Positions 23,841 through 34,885 of a DNA stretch of 64,000 nucleotides are shown in pieces. The notes beneath the pieces were generated by a model, which did no database searches, was not told the origin of the DNA, and saw nothing but the letters and a program-made list of their open reading frames with translations. The DNA is from a virus, in the IMG/VR virus record IMGVR_UViG_3300042287_000907. One strand, written 5' to 3'. Position numbers and translations under genes: made by a program. Position 1 is the first letter of the stretch; each line of letters starts with the position of its first letter.

Positions 23841-25088
23841 TCATTGTGTATAGCTTCCTATTTTGACAGGTATAGAAAATATAGGCTTATACCCTGTAGG
23901 AAGTCCGGCAGAATCGTGGTGTAGAAATTCAGAATCGATCCCACGTAAATAACTATATATGTGATGATTCCATTTGTCTCTTACTAATTTGGTTTCATGA
24001 TGTTCCCAAAAAACCCAATCCTGTGGTTTTCCGTTGTGTATTCCGTTTAAAAACTTAATATCTTTGACTACCTGAAATCTATCAAAAGACCAATAAGGAT
24101 ATAATACCTTTTTGGAAATATCACTTTTCTTGTTAAATTTTAAACTTGCTATAGATAATGGATCGTATCCCTCTAGATTTTCATATTTGTATTTTTCTTC
24201 GAGCAACCACCGATCTTCTGGATTATTCTTATAATACAGAAAATTCTGATATGCCATTTCTACAGCCAATAACGGCATGTCAGGAGTCCAATAAAAATAT
24301 TCACCTCCATTACCAGTGTAGGTTACATTGTGCTGCAACGTCCAATCAACAAAATGCATTTTCACTGTGTTCGGATCATCATCTAGAACTATCAAATTAG
24401 GTTTGTCTGCTCCCTCGATTAACCCAACTTTGAGGCCTTTGTTACTTAGATTTTTTTCATGATCTGAAAACCATTGCATCCTATAAAAACTAGTTGGACT
24501 GTGATAGTGATTTTGTTTTTCAAACATCGCATCTTCAACATTTTTTTCTCTAGTTATATCTGATAGCCAATCATCGATATGTATTTCTATCTCCGGATAA
24601 TTTTTGGAGATCCAATCTAAGTCAGGCTTGATCACAAAGTCCCATTCACTCAACTCGTTTCGGGGAGAAAAGTCTATGTTATTAGGCTTGTACAACCCTT
24701 TTCCGATAGCAGAGACTGGCCAATTCACATAGATAGCATCTAATTTTATCTTGTTTTTAAGAAAGGTCATTAACACATTGTGGCTATCGGATCCTCCGCT
24801 ATAACGTAAAATTAGATAATCATACTTGTCTCGCAGTTGTTGAGCTCTTTCTTTATAGAGATTTTCTAGGGGAGTAGTTCCCAACAACCTGTAATCTATA
24901 CTTTTAAATAGATCAAAATAATACATAAAAACTACACGAGCATTTATGCCTTGTTTTCTAAGACGAGTGGCCTCTAAAAGTGCTTCTACTTTATTAAAGT
25001 AATCATTGATCTTTTGACGAGTAGTACAATTATAAACTCTATAGCATCCCGAAGGGGTTGCCGATAAATCTATTTCATTCATGATCAA
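23841..25088 (-). CDS. PP-loop (N-type ATP pyrophosphatase) protein
   Basis: RAQQLRDKYDYLILRYSGGSDSHN. Confidence 0.75.
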   Translation of the reverse strand: MIMNEIDLSATPSGCYRVYNCTTRQKINDYFNKVEALLEATRLRKQGINARVVFMYYFDLFKSIDYRLLGTTPLENLYKERAQQLRDKYDYLILRYSGGSDSHNVLMTFLKNKIKLDAIYVNWPVSAIGKGLYKPNNIDFSPRNELSEWDFVIKPDLDWISKNYPEIEIHIDDWLSDITREKNVEDAMFEKQNHYHSPTSFYRMQWFSDHEKNLSNKGLKVGLIEGADKPNLIVLDDDPNTVKMHFVDWTLQHNVTYTGNGGEYFYWTPDMPLLAVEMAYQNFLYYKNNPEDRWLLEEKYKYENLEGYDPLSIASLKFNKKSDISKKVLYPYWSFDRFQVVKDIKFLNGIHNGKPQDWVFWEHHETKLVRDKWNHHIYSYLRGIDSEFLHHDSAGLPTGYKPIFSIPVKIGSYTQ

Positions 25089-26395
25089 CCTTTTTCAAAA
25101 ATTCCCAAACAATGTTTATTCAGTAATTCAAAAACGTCAGGAAGAACTTCTTTCCACTTGGTGTTTCTTTTTAGATCTAGAATATCCATTTTAGTTACAA
25201 AATCTTTTACATGATCTAAATTAACATGATCCATATATGTCTCAAGCATGTTTATTTCTATCCTAGCATACTTGAGGTATTGGGGATCATGTGAATAATC
25301 TAATAAATTTTTTATGATTTCTTCTTTTGCTGATCTGGGTAAGTGCCTTATATTCAACCACTCTGGACCATCTAAAAATCTATATTGTTGTTGTTTGATT
25401 CCGTGTTTTTTACAAAATTCGTAAACTCTTTGAACGCTGTAAATACTGGCTATTCCTATGCAGGTGCTGAGATAACTAATGTCTATGTTGTGTTCTTTAA
25501 TGTAAATTAAATTTTTTTCAAAGGTTTCAAAATTTCCCATGTAACGAATTAGATCATATCTTTCTTCAGTTTCGTCTATGCTTATGCACAAAAATACATT
25601 TTTAAAATTTATCCATTTGTCTATAACTTTTTTGTTAATGACGCTGAGATTCGTATCATACCTCAATTGTATATTTTTGGATAATCCTCTTTCAATCAAC
25701 TTATCTAGACATTCCTGCATCTGAGGCACTAATAACGGCTCCCCGCCTGTGAAATAAATGTACTCGAGTTGCGGAGCAATTTTATCAAACATTTCCCACC
25801 ATCTCTCTGATTCCCACCAAGGCTCGTATCCAGCCATCCGATATTTTCCGTTGTTGTCTTGATATATAGGAAATTCTTTTCTTTTGAGAACAAAATTGCT
25901 GCTACCAGTTAGAGCCACCCAATCTTCATACCACTGATTGCTGTGTAAAGGACTACACATGATGCATTTTTGATTACACAAATTTCCAAAGCGAAGATCT
26001 AAATTTATCACTTTAGGATTCAATAATGTTCCGTCCGACAGTGTGACGTCTTTGGCCGTTTCAACATTTATATAATTTTTTAATTCTACGGCGGTCTGTT
26101 GAAGTACACGTTGACGTTTGCTTGCACCATTAGCACATTCGACATCATAACAATTTGTACACCTCAAAGGTTGTATATTTCGAGACATGTCTCTTCTATG
26201 TTTTTTGTGTGTCTCACTGTTCATTGCTTCATCAATAGAATGCGTCATCACATTGAGAACTTTGTCGTTGATATCTCTGGCCATTCCGTAATCTGTGTCA
26301 TAGTTAGCTAGACAACATATCTTGTAATCTCCTTGTCCATCTATTTCAATTTGGCTCCATGCCTCAGGACAAAAAGATTCTAAATTAAAGCTCAT
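25085..26395 (-). CDS. Radical SAM protein with N-terminal Twitch/SPASM-like Cys cluster
   Basis: CNQKCIMC and FTGGEPL; N-terminal C...CC...CTNC. Confidence 0.85.
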   Translation of the reverse strand: MSFNLESFCPEAWSQIEIDGQGDYKICCLANYDTDYGMARDINDKVLNVMTHSIDEAMNSETHKKHRRDMSRNIQPLRCTNCYDVECANGASKRQRVLQQTAVELKNYINVETAKDVTLSDGTLLNPKVINLDLRFGNLCNQKCIMCSPLHSNQWYEDWVALTGSSNFVLKRKEFPIYQDNNGKYRMAGYEPWWESERWWEMFDKIAPQLEYIYFTGGEPLLVPQMQECLDKLIERGLSKNIQLRYDTNLSVINKKVIDKWINFKNVFLCISIDETEERYDLIRYMGNFETFEKNLIYIKEHNIDISYLSTCIGIASIYSVQRVYEFCKKHGIKQQQYRFLDGPEWLNIRHLPRSAKEEIIKNLLDYSHDPQYLKYARIEINMLETYMDHVNLDHVKDFVTKMDILDLKRNTKWKEVLPDVFELLNKHCLGIFEKG

Positions 26396-27202
26396 GTGAT
26401 TTCCTCCGCAATTTACTTAGCAAAAATTCTAAGTAGAAAAATGAATACTGATAAATACCTTGTGATTAAACTTGTCAATAATGAACTATTTGTAGGACTT
26501 GAATCTTTTTTGGATCTCAAAAAATTAGACGATTTGCATGATAAAATATCTTATGCTATCGGAAAGAGCGCAGATTCAATTTATCCTGCTAGCCCCCCTT
26601 CCTACTCGTTTGCTGAGTCTGAATTGATGTCTCATCATCAATTGAAAGAGGAATTGAGGAAGGAAACTCCCGAACTAAACAATTTTCAATTAGATTGGTA
26701 TGCATTGATGCATGGATGTGCTGGTCACGGATTTTGTCTTTTCCTTAGAAACATCAGCAACTATCCGGCAGATTTTAGATTTAAATGTTTAAATTCTTAC
26801 ACATCGTTAACTCCCGCCGGACATAATTTTGATTTTCTGTTTAATTGGATTGACGATCAAAATTGTTTCAAGGAATATGGTAGAGTGTTATTTTTTATAT
26901 CACCTGCTGGATCCGAGGGAATCATACATCGTGACAACAAAGGTTTAGATGAATATGTAGATAATTTTATTTGGATAACTGGTAAACATCCTAAAAAGTT
27001 ATTTTTATTCGACACAGACACCGGCGAACGACACGTGTCTGATCATAGAGCAATGTATTTCATGAACCATAATTATCATGGCACTGTTAATGATTCGGAT
27101 TACTGGAGTTGGAGTCTTAGAATTGACGGGGTGTTTACTGACGAGTTCTTAGAAAAAACTCATTTAAATAATTTTTTCGAAAATTCTAAACCCAATCATT
27201 GA
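26396..27202 (+). CDS. HxD...H 2OG-Fe(II)-like oxygenase
   Basis: GRVLFF...IIHRD...NYHG...SLRIDG. Confidence 0.65.
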   Translation: MISSAIYLAKILSRKMNTDKYLVIKLVNNELFVGLESFLDLKKLDDLHDKISYAIGKSADSIYPASPPSYSFAESELMSHHQLKEELRKETPELNNFQLDWYALMHGCAGHGFCLFLRNISNYPADFRFKCLNSYTSLTPAGHNFDFLFNWIDDQNCFKEYGRVLFFISPAGSEGIIHRDNKGLDEYVDNFIWITGKHPKKLFLFDTDTGERHVSDHRAMYFMNHNYHGTVNDSDYWSWSLRIDGVFTDEFLEKTHLNNFFENSKPNH

Positions 27203-27699
27203 TGTTCATTTACGGACATTACCAGATGAATTCTACCTAAAGTTTCATGTCCATTTAAAAAAGTATGTAACTTGGTAGTGTCAGTCGAATAGATTCTACC
27301 TTCTAGCAATCTAAAACATTGTTTTTCAATCGGCCAAACCATCCAGCACTGATCGTTTGTTACAATAGGAATATGTATTCTTTTAAACGGATCAGCATGA
27401 ACAGAATAGCATTTTCTTGGATCCATCAAAATAATTCTGCTTCTGAAACCTTTAAATCGTTGTATAAGACCTTCAATGGATGATCCCTTTAAAACTGAAT
27501 TAATCACTTGATATTTGGTTTCATCTTGTTCACTCAAGGCCTTCAAGGACCCAGTATTATTGTACCAATCATCTTGTCCTTCATAGAGATTTTGTAATGA
27601 TATTTGATTATCTTTAAACCCTATGTTGGCAATGATATCGTTGATATCCTTGGTTAACTCAGAAAAATTTTCTAGTTTTTCAATATGTGTAAACAGCAT
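27196..27699 (-). CDS. Aspartyl/asparaginyl beta-hydroxylase-like oxygenase
   Basis: CYSVHAD...RIHIPIVTN...LHTFLN...RIHLV. Confidence 0.7.
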   Translation of the reverse strand: MLFTHIEKLENFSELTKDINDIIANIGFKDNQISLQNLYEGQDDWYNNTGSLKALSEQDETKYQVINSVLKGSSIEGLIQRFKGFRSRIILMDPRKCYSVHADPFKRIHIPIVTNDQCWMVWPIEKQCFRLLEGRIYSTDTTKLHTFLNGHETLGRIHLVMSVNEHQ

Positions 27700-27742
27700 G
27701 AATTTATTTATGACCAGGCAATTGCTTATAAATATTTGTAAC

Positions 27743-28930
27743 ATGGATTATCAGAAATACCCTAAACTTCTTTCAAAATACGGATGTTGGATTGTAGATA
27801 ACAAGGGGTTTACAAAAAAATTCGACGCCTTTCAATACGCTTCGATACATAAAAAAGATCAAATTCATTTTTATTACCATAATCATATCTGGGAAAATTT
27901 TGATAGATCTCTGTTAGGAAAAATTCCTCTACCCAATCTTTACAAGCAACGAGCTGAACAGCTGAGAGATCGATATTCGCATCTAGTTTTGCATTTCAGC
28001 GGTGGTTCGGACAGTTACAATATACTACATACTTTTTTAACACACAAAATAAAATTAGACGAAATAGTAGTGAAATGGCCTAAAATTTTATCTGACAAAA
28101 AATTTTACACGCCTAATGTCAACGACACCTCTGCTAGAAATAGTCTAAGTGAATGGGACTATGCTATTGAGCCTGTTTTAAAAAGAATATCAAAATCTAA
28201 TCCAGAGATCAAAATTACCATAGTCGATTATGTAGAAAATCTTATGTCTAAAAATATCACAGACATTATAGAGGAAAAATTAGATCACAACAACTATTTC
28301 TATTCTAATTATACTCCGGCAGTTTTTTTTATGTCAGCGAACATAGATAAATTCGATGCTAGATATACACCAGAAAATACTGCCCACATTTTCGGAATAG
28401 AAAAGCCAGTGCTATCAGAAAAACCTGATGGAATATATTTACATTTTGCAGATCATGCATTTGATATGTTAGCTGTAGATCCTAACCTAGGTACCAAAGA
28501 ACCTTTTTATTGGACTGCAGATTTACCGATCTTACCTATGGAGCAGGCATATCAATGTGCCTTACATATGGTAGCTGATTCTAAATTTAATAATTTTTTG
28601 TATAAAAATAGTTTAGTGAGTGCAGCCCGGGGCAACAGGATCATGAAAGCACAAAATAAAATTTTTAAAAAAGTTCTTTACGCCGAATCATGGAATGATG
28701 ATATTTTCCAGGCAGAAAAACCCAATATACAAAGAAATGATTGGTACTACTGGATGTACGAGATTGCTGATTTAAGTTGTGCAAGAAACATTTTTTCCAA
28801 TGTTGTAAAAGACATAACTATTGATGTAAACAGCAAATTTTTTCAAGATCCGACAAATATAAATTACGGACTAAGAAAACTTAAAACCAGAGCATTTAAG
28901 GTGTTAGATTTAAAAATAAATAACTTTTAA
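27743..28930 (+). CDS. PP-loop protein (paralog of 23841 and 32272)
   Basis: RAEQLRDRYSHLVLHFSGGSDSYN; TATAAATA at 27727 just upstream. Confidence 0.75.
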   Translation: MDYQKYPKLLSKYGCWIVDNKGFTKKFDAFQYASIHKKDQIHFYYHNHIWENFDRSLLGKIPLPNLYKQRAEQLRDRYSHLVLHFSGGSDSYNILHTFLTHKIKLDEIVVKWPKILSDKKFYTPNVNDTSARNSLSEWDYAIEPVLKRISKSNPEIKITIVDYVENLMSKNITDIIEEKLDHNNYFYSNYTPAVFFMSANIDKFDARYTPENTAHIFGIEKPVLSEKPDGIYLHFADHAFDMLAVDPNLGTKEPFYWTADLPILPMEQAYQCALHMVADSKFNNFLYKNSLVSAARGNRIMKAQNKIFKKVLYAESWNDDIFQAEKPNIQRNDWYYWMYEIADLSCARNIFSNVVKDITIDVNSKFFQDPTNINYGLRKLKTRAFKVLDLKINNF

Positions 28931-28943
28931 TTAAGGGGAAAAA

Positions 28944-29246
28944 ATGTCTTTTCAGGTTATACACATCTTTAGAAGAGTCGATGAGTCTATACCATGGCAC
29001 ATCGAATATTTCAGCAAACTTCCTAAAAAAAGATTTGAATATATAAAGGCGCAGGAAACATTCAAAGTATCTAGAATCGTATTGGAATTAGATCCGTTAA
29101 CATTAGAAGTTACACAGGATTGGGAAAGCGAGGCTTTATATGAAGATTATATGCAATACCCGGCGGTGGTCGGAATGCAGAAAGAGTTTGATTTATACAA
29201 TCAAAATAATGGAATATCCAAAGAATCAAAAATGTTAACAACATAA
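28944..29246 (+). CDS. Small hypothetical protein (possible dimeric alpha/beta barrel)
   Basis: VTQDWESEALY resembles the ABM-type WES motif. Confidence 0.5.
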   Translation: MSFQVIHIFRRVDESIPWHIEYFSKLPKKRFEYIKAQETFKVSRIVLELDPLTLEVTQDWESEALYEDYMQYPAVVGMQKEFDLYNQNNGISKESKMLTT

Positions 29247-29267
29247 CAGTGCTCAATTAATCATAGA

Positions 29268-30314
29268 ATGCCTTTTAGAATTACTAATTTAGAAACAGTC
29301 GTTATAAAAATTCCGCTGAAAAATCCTATGTTTCTTTCTGGTAGGTGCATAAGTCATGCAGAAAATATAATTGTCAAAATTGAATCAGATGGATTAGTCG
29401 GTTGGGGCGAATCAGCATCAGCTCCTAGAATGACTGGTGACACAGTTTCTGGCATGAACGAAATTATTAATCGTTGGTTCAAAACTTTTGTTATTGGTCA
29501 AGAAATTTCAAATTACAAAAAAATTATTTCAGACATAGACAAAATGTTCTATGGTAATACCGGAGCTAAATTTGCGGTATACTCGGCTTTACTAGATTTA
29601 TATTGCAGAGCTAACGATGTGTCATTGCATCAATTATTAGGAAAAAAAATTAGAAATGATATTGCAAGTTTAAGAATATTAGCTAACGAAACCATAGAGG
29701 ACGATCTTAACGAAGCTGAAGCATGTTACCTGTCCGGAGTTAAATTTTTCAAAGTTAAAATAGGCAAACACAATATTGACGATGAGATTTCGTTGATACA
29801 TCGCCTAAGAGAAATTACACATAATTCCAATCTTTGTGTTGATTCAAACAGTGGAATTTCTACAGAATCTTTTCAAAAGTTTGTTCGAGAAACATCTAGA
29901 GATAACATACTCTTTATCGAAGATTGTAATTCTCTCGACCTAGGTGTAAGTGTGTGTCTAGATCAAGACATTTTTACCTGTAAAGATATTCGCGAAATGA
30001 TGAATCTAGGCACTGGTCAGGGGGTAAATTTAAAACTAATGAAATTCAGTGATCCCTTCAAACTGGTCGAGGCCGCCAATCTAACAAACGATCTAGGATT
30101 GAATATAAATTTGTCCGGTAAGATAGCCGAGACTGGCATTGCTAGTTCGGTTCTGTTAAACTGTGCTGCCGTGGCACCTAATATAAATTGGGGTGTAAGC
30201 ACTACTAATCAATATCTGCTTCAAGACATTATTACAAAAACAGACTCGTCAAACTTCGAGCCTGTGACTGTAGATGAATATCTTGTAAAGCAATTTAAGT
30301 ATACCGATGTATAG
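29268..30314 (+). CDS. Enolase-superfamily (muconate cycloisomerase / epimerase-like) protein
   Basis: GLVGWGE, ALLDLY, FKVKIG, VDSN and FIED motifs. Confidence 0.8.
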   Translation: MPFRITNLETVVIKIPLKNPMFLSGRCISHAENIIVKIESDGLVGWGESASAPRMTGDTVSGMNEIINRWFKTFVIGQEISNYKKIISDIDKMFYGNTGAKFAVYSALLDLYCRANDVSLHQLLGKKIRNDIASLRILANETIEDDLNEAEACYLSGVKFFKVKIGKHNIDDEISLIHRLREITHNSNLCVDSNSGISTESFQKFVRETSRDNILFIEDCNSLDLGVSVCLDQDIFTCKDIREMMNLGTGQGVNLKLMKFSDPFKLVEAANLTNDLGLNINLSGKIAETGIASSVLLNCAAVAPNINWGVSTTNQYLLQDIITKTDSSNFEPVTVDEYLVKQFKYTDV

Positions 30315-31068
30315 TATCTGCGGTACAGTCTTTTAGAATTTTATCGCTCTCGTCTGTACGAACTGCGGTTATAATCATTACCACTCTAGGTTTATAACTC
30401 ATGTTTGCAGTACAGTGAGGAATATTTAACGTGTCAAAAATATGTACATCACCGGCACGCCACTGTGTTAGAACAGAATTACCATAAACCATTATCTGTC
30501 CCGGCTCGTAATCTTCTAAAAATATTACCATTCTAGACATTTTATGCGGAGCCAACGGATTCCTGTGCCAAAGTTTGTCTACGTGCCAAGTAAATAGCTG
30601 TCCGGGCATTTGCACATGCACTCGAGTTCTTAATCTTTTGAACTTCCAATATTCTCCCATCTTCTGTAAGGAAGGAATATGACACATGTCTGGTTCCGGA
30701 ACCATTTGAACAAAATCGTTTGTTACTCCGCTTTGTTCTAGATCGTAATCTTCTTGATTTTGAAGAGGACTCACTCCACCAGGGAACCCTGGATGGACAC
30801 CGATTTTCGAAAGGTCTGACCAACCTACATCTTTGGATTTTTCAATCAGCCAAGGAATGATTTTTGGTATCTCTGGGTCTAATTCAAATCTTCCTAACTG
30901 ATGATACCAATCTCCTTCTTCTTCTTTTTTCCATTTATCGAAATGATAACTGCTGAAATTTTCTTTGATATATTCTAAATTGCTTTGGTACTTTTCAGCC
31001 CCTTGATATTGAAAATCAGCAGGCAAAGAATGATACCTAGCTCTCGATTCATAAATTTTTGGATCCAT
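30295..31068 (-). CDS. HxD...H 2OG-Fe(II)-like oxygenase
   Basis: PGQLFTWHVD...W.AGD...IPHCTAN...PRVVMIIT. Confidence 0.7.
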   Translation of the reverse strand: MDPKIYESRARYHSLPADFQYQGAEKYQSNLEYIKENFSSYHFDKWKKEEEGDWYHQLGRFELDPEIPKIIPWLIEKSKDVGWSDLSKIGVHPGFPGGVSPLQNQEDYDLEQSGVTNDFVQMVPEPDMCHIPSLQKMGEYWKFKRLRTRVHVQMPGQLFTWHVDKLWHRNPLAPHKMSRMVIFLEDYEPGQIMVYGNSVLTQWRAGDVHIFDTLNIPHCTANMSYKPRVVMIITAVRTDESDKILKDCTADTIHRYT

Positions 31069-31256
31069 TATTTTTCCTCTGTTTCATAAGCTATAACAAT
31101 GAGCCAATCCACAAAGTCTGTGTCATCCTCATCTAATACACCGGTTTTTCCATCGTAGCAGTACATGACTTTACATCTAGGACGCTTGGCATCTGGGGGT
31201 GGTAACACTCCCTCTTTCCATGGTCGAATCTTCATGGTTGAAGAATCAGTATTCAT
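31068..31256 (-). CDS. Small hypothetical protein
   Basis: ORF track; coupled to neighbours. Confidence 0.55.
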   Translation of the reverse strand: MNTDSSTMKIRPWKEGVLPPPDAKRPRCKVMYCYDGKTGVLDEDDTDFVDWLIVIAYETEEK

Positions 31257-31258
31257 AT

Positions 31259-32185
31259 TTATTTGAATTCTATTTTATATTTTTTGATCAACTCACTCTG
31301 TCGGTTGATAACTTCAAACACGTATTCACGATCTCCAACATCTTTTCCGAAATAAGCCTTAGTGTAGGTATCTTCTGTTTGTTTATCATTTAGATATTCT
31401 TTTAAAAGTGTAGACCATGCATTATGTACTTTTTTATCAGTCCCTGGTGGTAATCCAATAAAAAACAATTCGCCGTGTTGCCACGAAGGTATTTTACTTT
31501 TGAGATCTAAGACACCCGTCGGTAACCCAGACTTGCCTGCAGAAAAACCAAAGATAATTTTAACCTTCCCGGATTCTGCCAAAGGCAATGCCGTTGACAT
31601 GGGAACCAATGCCAACGGAATATGTTTTCCTGCCACATCTCTACTTGACTCGGTTGATGTTTTGTACGGTATTAGCAGAGGTTTAGGCGCTTCGAGTTTT
31701 TCTACAAGCTGATTTAGATTTATGAGATTGGCCACCGCATGCCAACCTATTTTTGTTTCTGGATCGTTGGATTTAAGAATACGAACGAAATCATTGTAAT
31801 TTTCATACCTGCTACCAGGAAATGTTATGAAAGCATTAGCATTTCCGCCAGTGGTCACAATCGGATCGATTACTTCTCTACTTAATCGTTCTTTAGCTAA
31901 CCATGAATTGCTGGTTGAATTTATCATCAACACAGATCCGTCTTTATTTGATGTTGCTAATTCATTTGCGGCTATTGTGCTGTTACCTCCAGGCTTGTAA
32001 ATAGGATTCAAATTGATTCCTCTTTTTGCCAGCCACAGTGAAAGATGACGCACCTGTATATCTGAAATTCCGCCCGGACCATACGGTACTAAGATATTAA
32101 CATCTTTTGGAATTTCTACGGTGGGGTTTGCCCACAGTGGATTTGTTACAAAAATCATCGCCAACCAAACTAAAATTCTTTTCAT
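31259..32185 (-). CDS. tctC: Bug/TctC substrate-binding protein (second copy)
   Basis: Signal peptide; VPYGPGGISD, KPGG, KDG, IPYK and PPGT motifs. Confidence 0.8.
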   Translation of the reverse strand: MKRILVWLAMIFVTNPLWANPTVEIPKDVNILVPYGPGGISDIQVRHLSLWLAKRGINLNPIYKPGGNSTIAANELATSNKDGSVLMINSTSNSWLAKERLSREVIDPIVTTGGNANAFITFPGSRYENYNDFVRILKSNDPETKIGWHAVANLINLNQLVEKLEAPKPLLIPYKTSTESSRDVAGKHIPLALVPMSTALPLAESGKVKIIFGFSAGKSGLPTGVLDLKSKIPSWQHGELFFIGLPPGTDKKVHNAWSTLLKEYLNDKQTEDTYTKAYFGKDVGDREYVFEVINRQSELIKKYKIEFK

Positions 32186-32271
32186 TAGTATTTTCCTTGA
32201 TGCCTTCAGTTGATATTTATAAAACGTTCATTTTTAAATTTTCAAATATGACACAATATAAATAGTCCACC

Positions 32272-33435
32272 ATGATAAAAAAAGCGTTAGGCTACTACAA
32301 GGTAGATAATATAGAATTTGATTCCAAGATACAGGCATGTTTGTTTGCAACTAAATTTTCAAAACCAGTAACATGGATCTTCAACGACGACATATTTTCA
32401 AACTATGATTGGTCCCTAGAACCTTCACTGTCATTAGATGCCTTGTATGATATGAGATCTAGATCTCTTAGAGAAAAATATGACTATATTATTATTAGCT
32501 ACAGCGGCGGTGCCGATAGCCATAATATCGTTGAAAGTTTCCTAAGGCAGGGATTGCATATAGATGAATTGTTGATCAACACAATGTCTGAAGGAAATGG
32601 AAATTTTATGAACATTTCCCAAGACAACAAAAGTTCTCATAATGCTGCTGCTTCCGAACATGTTCTACAGACATTACCCCGACTACAAGAAATACAAAAT
32701 AGGTCTCCTAAAACTAAGATCACTATTGTGGATCTAACTAAATTTTTATTTTCTTTTTTTGATGATCACGGAGATGCCAGTTGGATTGAAACAAAGAGAG
32801 AAGGTCTGAATCCGTTAAATGTAACAAGATATAATTATCTGTATTTTTCAGAAATAAGAAAAAAATTCGATAAAGATAAAAAAATTGCTATCATTTTAGG
32901 AGTGGAGAAACCCCGCACATATATACACAGCCAGACCAATGACTTTTACATACGTTTCAATGATAGAGCTTCTAACATAGCCAGTGTAAATGATTTCGTT
33001 AAAGATTATCCAAATTCGACCGTAGAATATTTTTATTGGAGTCCTGAATCTGTAGATATGTTGTGTAAACAGGCACATGTTATAAAACGTTGGCTTGAAC
33101 TTACACCGATGTATTTGGATCTATGGAGCGGGAAATCTTTATCTAAAGAAGTTTTTAGATTGGTTCATGAAAGGGTGCTTAGAAATCTAATTTATTCGAC
33201 ATGGAACGAATCCTGGTACCAGGCTGATAAATCAACAAGAGATTGGTATAGTGAATTTGATTCGTGGTTTATTCAAGGTCATAGGGGTACTAAAACGCAT
33301 TCCATATGGTTAGAAGGGTTGTCTTATGTACAATCGAACGCAGGAAATTTTGTAAACGTAAAAAACGGCATCGCAGATGGACTCGTTATGTTTAATCATG
33401 ATTATAAAATAGGACCAATGAGTATTCATAAATAA
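32272..33435 (+). CDS. PP-loop protein
   Basis: LREKYDYIIISYSGGADSHN; TATAAATA at 32257. Confidence 0.75.
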   Translation: MIKKALGYYKVDNIEFDSKIQACLFATKFSKPVTWIFNDDIFSNYDWSLEPSLSLDALYDMRSRSLREKYDYIIISYSGGADSHNIVESFLRQGLHIDELLINTMSEGNGNFMNISQDNKSSHNAAASEHVLQTLPRLQEIQNRSPKTKITIVDLTKFLFSFFDDHGDASWIETKREGLNPLNVTRYNYLYFSEIRKKFDKDKKIAIILGVEKPRTYIHSQTNDFYIRFNDRASNIASVNDFVKDYPNSTVEYFYWSPESVDMLCKQAHVIKRWLELTPMYLDLWSGKSLSKEVFRLVHERVLRNLIYSTWNESWYQADKSTRDWYSEFDSWFIQGHRGTKTHSIWLEGLSYVQSNAGNFVNVKNGIADGLVMFNHDYKIGPMSIHK

Positions 33436-33453
33436 ACCCACAAAAGGTCAAAT

Positions 33454-33894
33454 ATGAAATTCAACGAAAACCATCCACGAAGTATTGCCAAGGTTATTTC
33501 CTGGCGGGTATTGATAACTGTATCTCACATAGTAAACGCCTTTGTGGTCACGGGTAGTTTGCTGATTGGAGTAAAGATAGCAGGGCTAGCTCTGGTAATT
33601 AACAGTGTAATGTTTTGGGTGCATGAACGTAGCTGGAACGTTATACAGTGGAATCGAAAAGAAAATGAAAAAATTAAATTCACAGAAGGACAATCGAGAT
33701 CAATTTCAAAAGTTGTATCATGGAGAATTTTTATCACAGTCAGCAATTTTGTAATACCCTTTATTATGACTGGAAGTTGGGGGCAGGCTGCGTTATTTGC
33801 AGGAATGGCCACTGTTGTTAACATAGTCTTATATTGGAGTCACGAAAGATTATGGAACTGGATTCGATGGGGCAAACACTCAGTGATTGTTTAA
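33454..33894 (+). CDS. Tandem DUF2061-like membrane protein
   Basis: Two repeats of RSIxKVxSWR...HERxW. Confidence 0.75.
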   Translation: MKFNENHPRSIAKVISWRVLITVSHIVNAFVVTGSLLIGVKIAGLALVINSVMFWVHERSWNVIQWNRKENEKIKFTEGQSRSISKVVSWRIFITVSNFVIPFIMTGSWGQAALFAGMATVVNIVLYWSHERLWNWIRWGKHSVIV

Positions 33895-34885
33895 TATGAA
33901 CATACCTTTTCAATCAACCGGTCTCGATAACGATTGGTATTACGGTTTCGAGGACGACAAATATATTCTTAAAATCAATCCTGCAGAACACACTAATCTT
34001 AATTTCAAAGAAGCATGTATGTTTCTTGCCGGCGAGTTACATAAAAATTTAAAATTTCCAGTTATTTCGCTGAGCGGCGGACTCGATGGTCAAATAGTAT
34101 TAAATTCGTTCTATGATCAAAACCTAAAAGTAGACTGTGTGTTTAGACACTATCCTGGGTTTAATGATATAGAACTAGAATGGGTAAACGCTCTACAGAA
34201 AAAATACAATTTTAAATTAACTAAAATTGTAATTAATCCATACGAAATTAGAGAAGAAATTTTAAAAGAACATCAAGAAACTAAGATCTTTCCTGGCGAA
34301 TTGATGTATAAAAAATTTGTTTCTATGCTCCCGGAAGACATGGATATCATACAAGGATATGAAGGTCCTATAATTGCACAGGGTTTTGGAAAATTATATT
34401 ATCTTGAATCATATAATACTTTCGAATTTGCTAGACGACGAGCAGTGGCTCTGCTGAATAGAAAGAGCAAATTTATTACCTTCGGCAAGAACAGTAATAT
34501 ACTGGCGTCTATCTTTCAAGAAGAACCGTTTCAATGTTTTTTAGATTCTTATGATTACTTTGCTGGTCACGACCTAACACGGTTTCTTAAAGACCTATTG
34601 CCTGATTCTTGGGATTTATACATAAAACCGTATCTCTATTATAAACATTGGAAACAAGATCTTATGTATTTTCCAAAATATCAAGGGTCAGAAAAAATTC
34701 ACTGGCTAGGAGACTATAGGACCTATTATAGAGAACGGATGATTGTTATCGAAATCAATACTCTACGTAATCATATTTTCAGTCAAACGTCTCAATACAC
34801 AAACTTCACAGAAAGCAAATATTCTATCAAGAATTTTAGTAAAGACCTGCTCTCTGGTTTCAAATCTCTCTCAGAAAATATATGA
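33887..34885 (+). CDS. PP-loop protein (asparagine-synthetase-like motif)
   Basis: VISLSGGLDGQ; paralog of 34882. Confidence 0.65.
   Translation: MFNMNIPFQSTGLDNDWYYGFEDDKYILKINPAEHTNLNFKEACMFLAGELHKNLKFPVISLSGGLDGQIVLNSFYDQNLKVDCVFRHYPGFNDIELEWVNALQKKYNFKLTKIVINPYEIREEILKEHQETKIFPGELMYKKFVSMLPEDMDIIQGYEGPIIAQGFGKLYYLESYNTFEFARRRAVALLNRKSKFITFGKNSNILASIFQEEPFQCFLDSYDYFAGHDLTRFLKDLLPDSWDLYIKPYLYYKHWKQDLMYFPKYQGSEKIHWLGDYRTYYRERMIVIEINTLRNHIFSQTSQYTNFTESKYSIKNFSKDLLSGFKSLSENI

Noticed and set aside
31068-31256. RiPP precursor peptide for the island enzymes
   Set aside because: No recognisable leader/core pattern and no RRE or dedicated peptidase nearby; unsupported.
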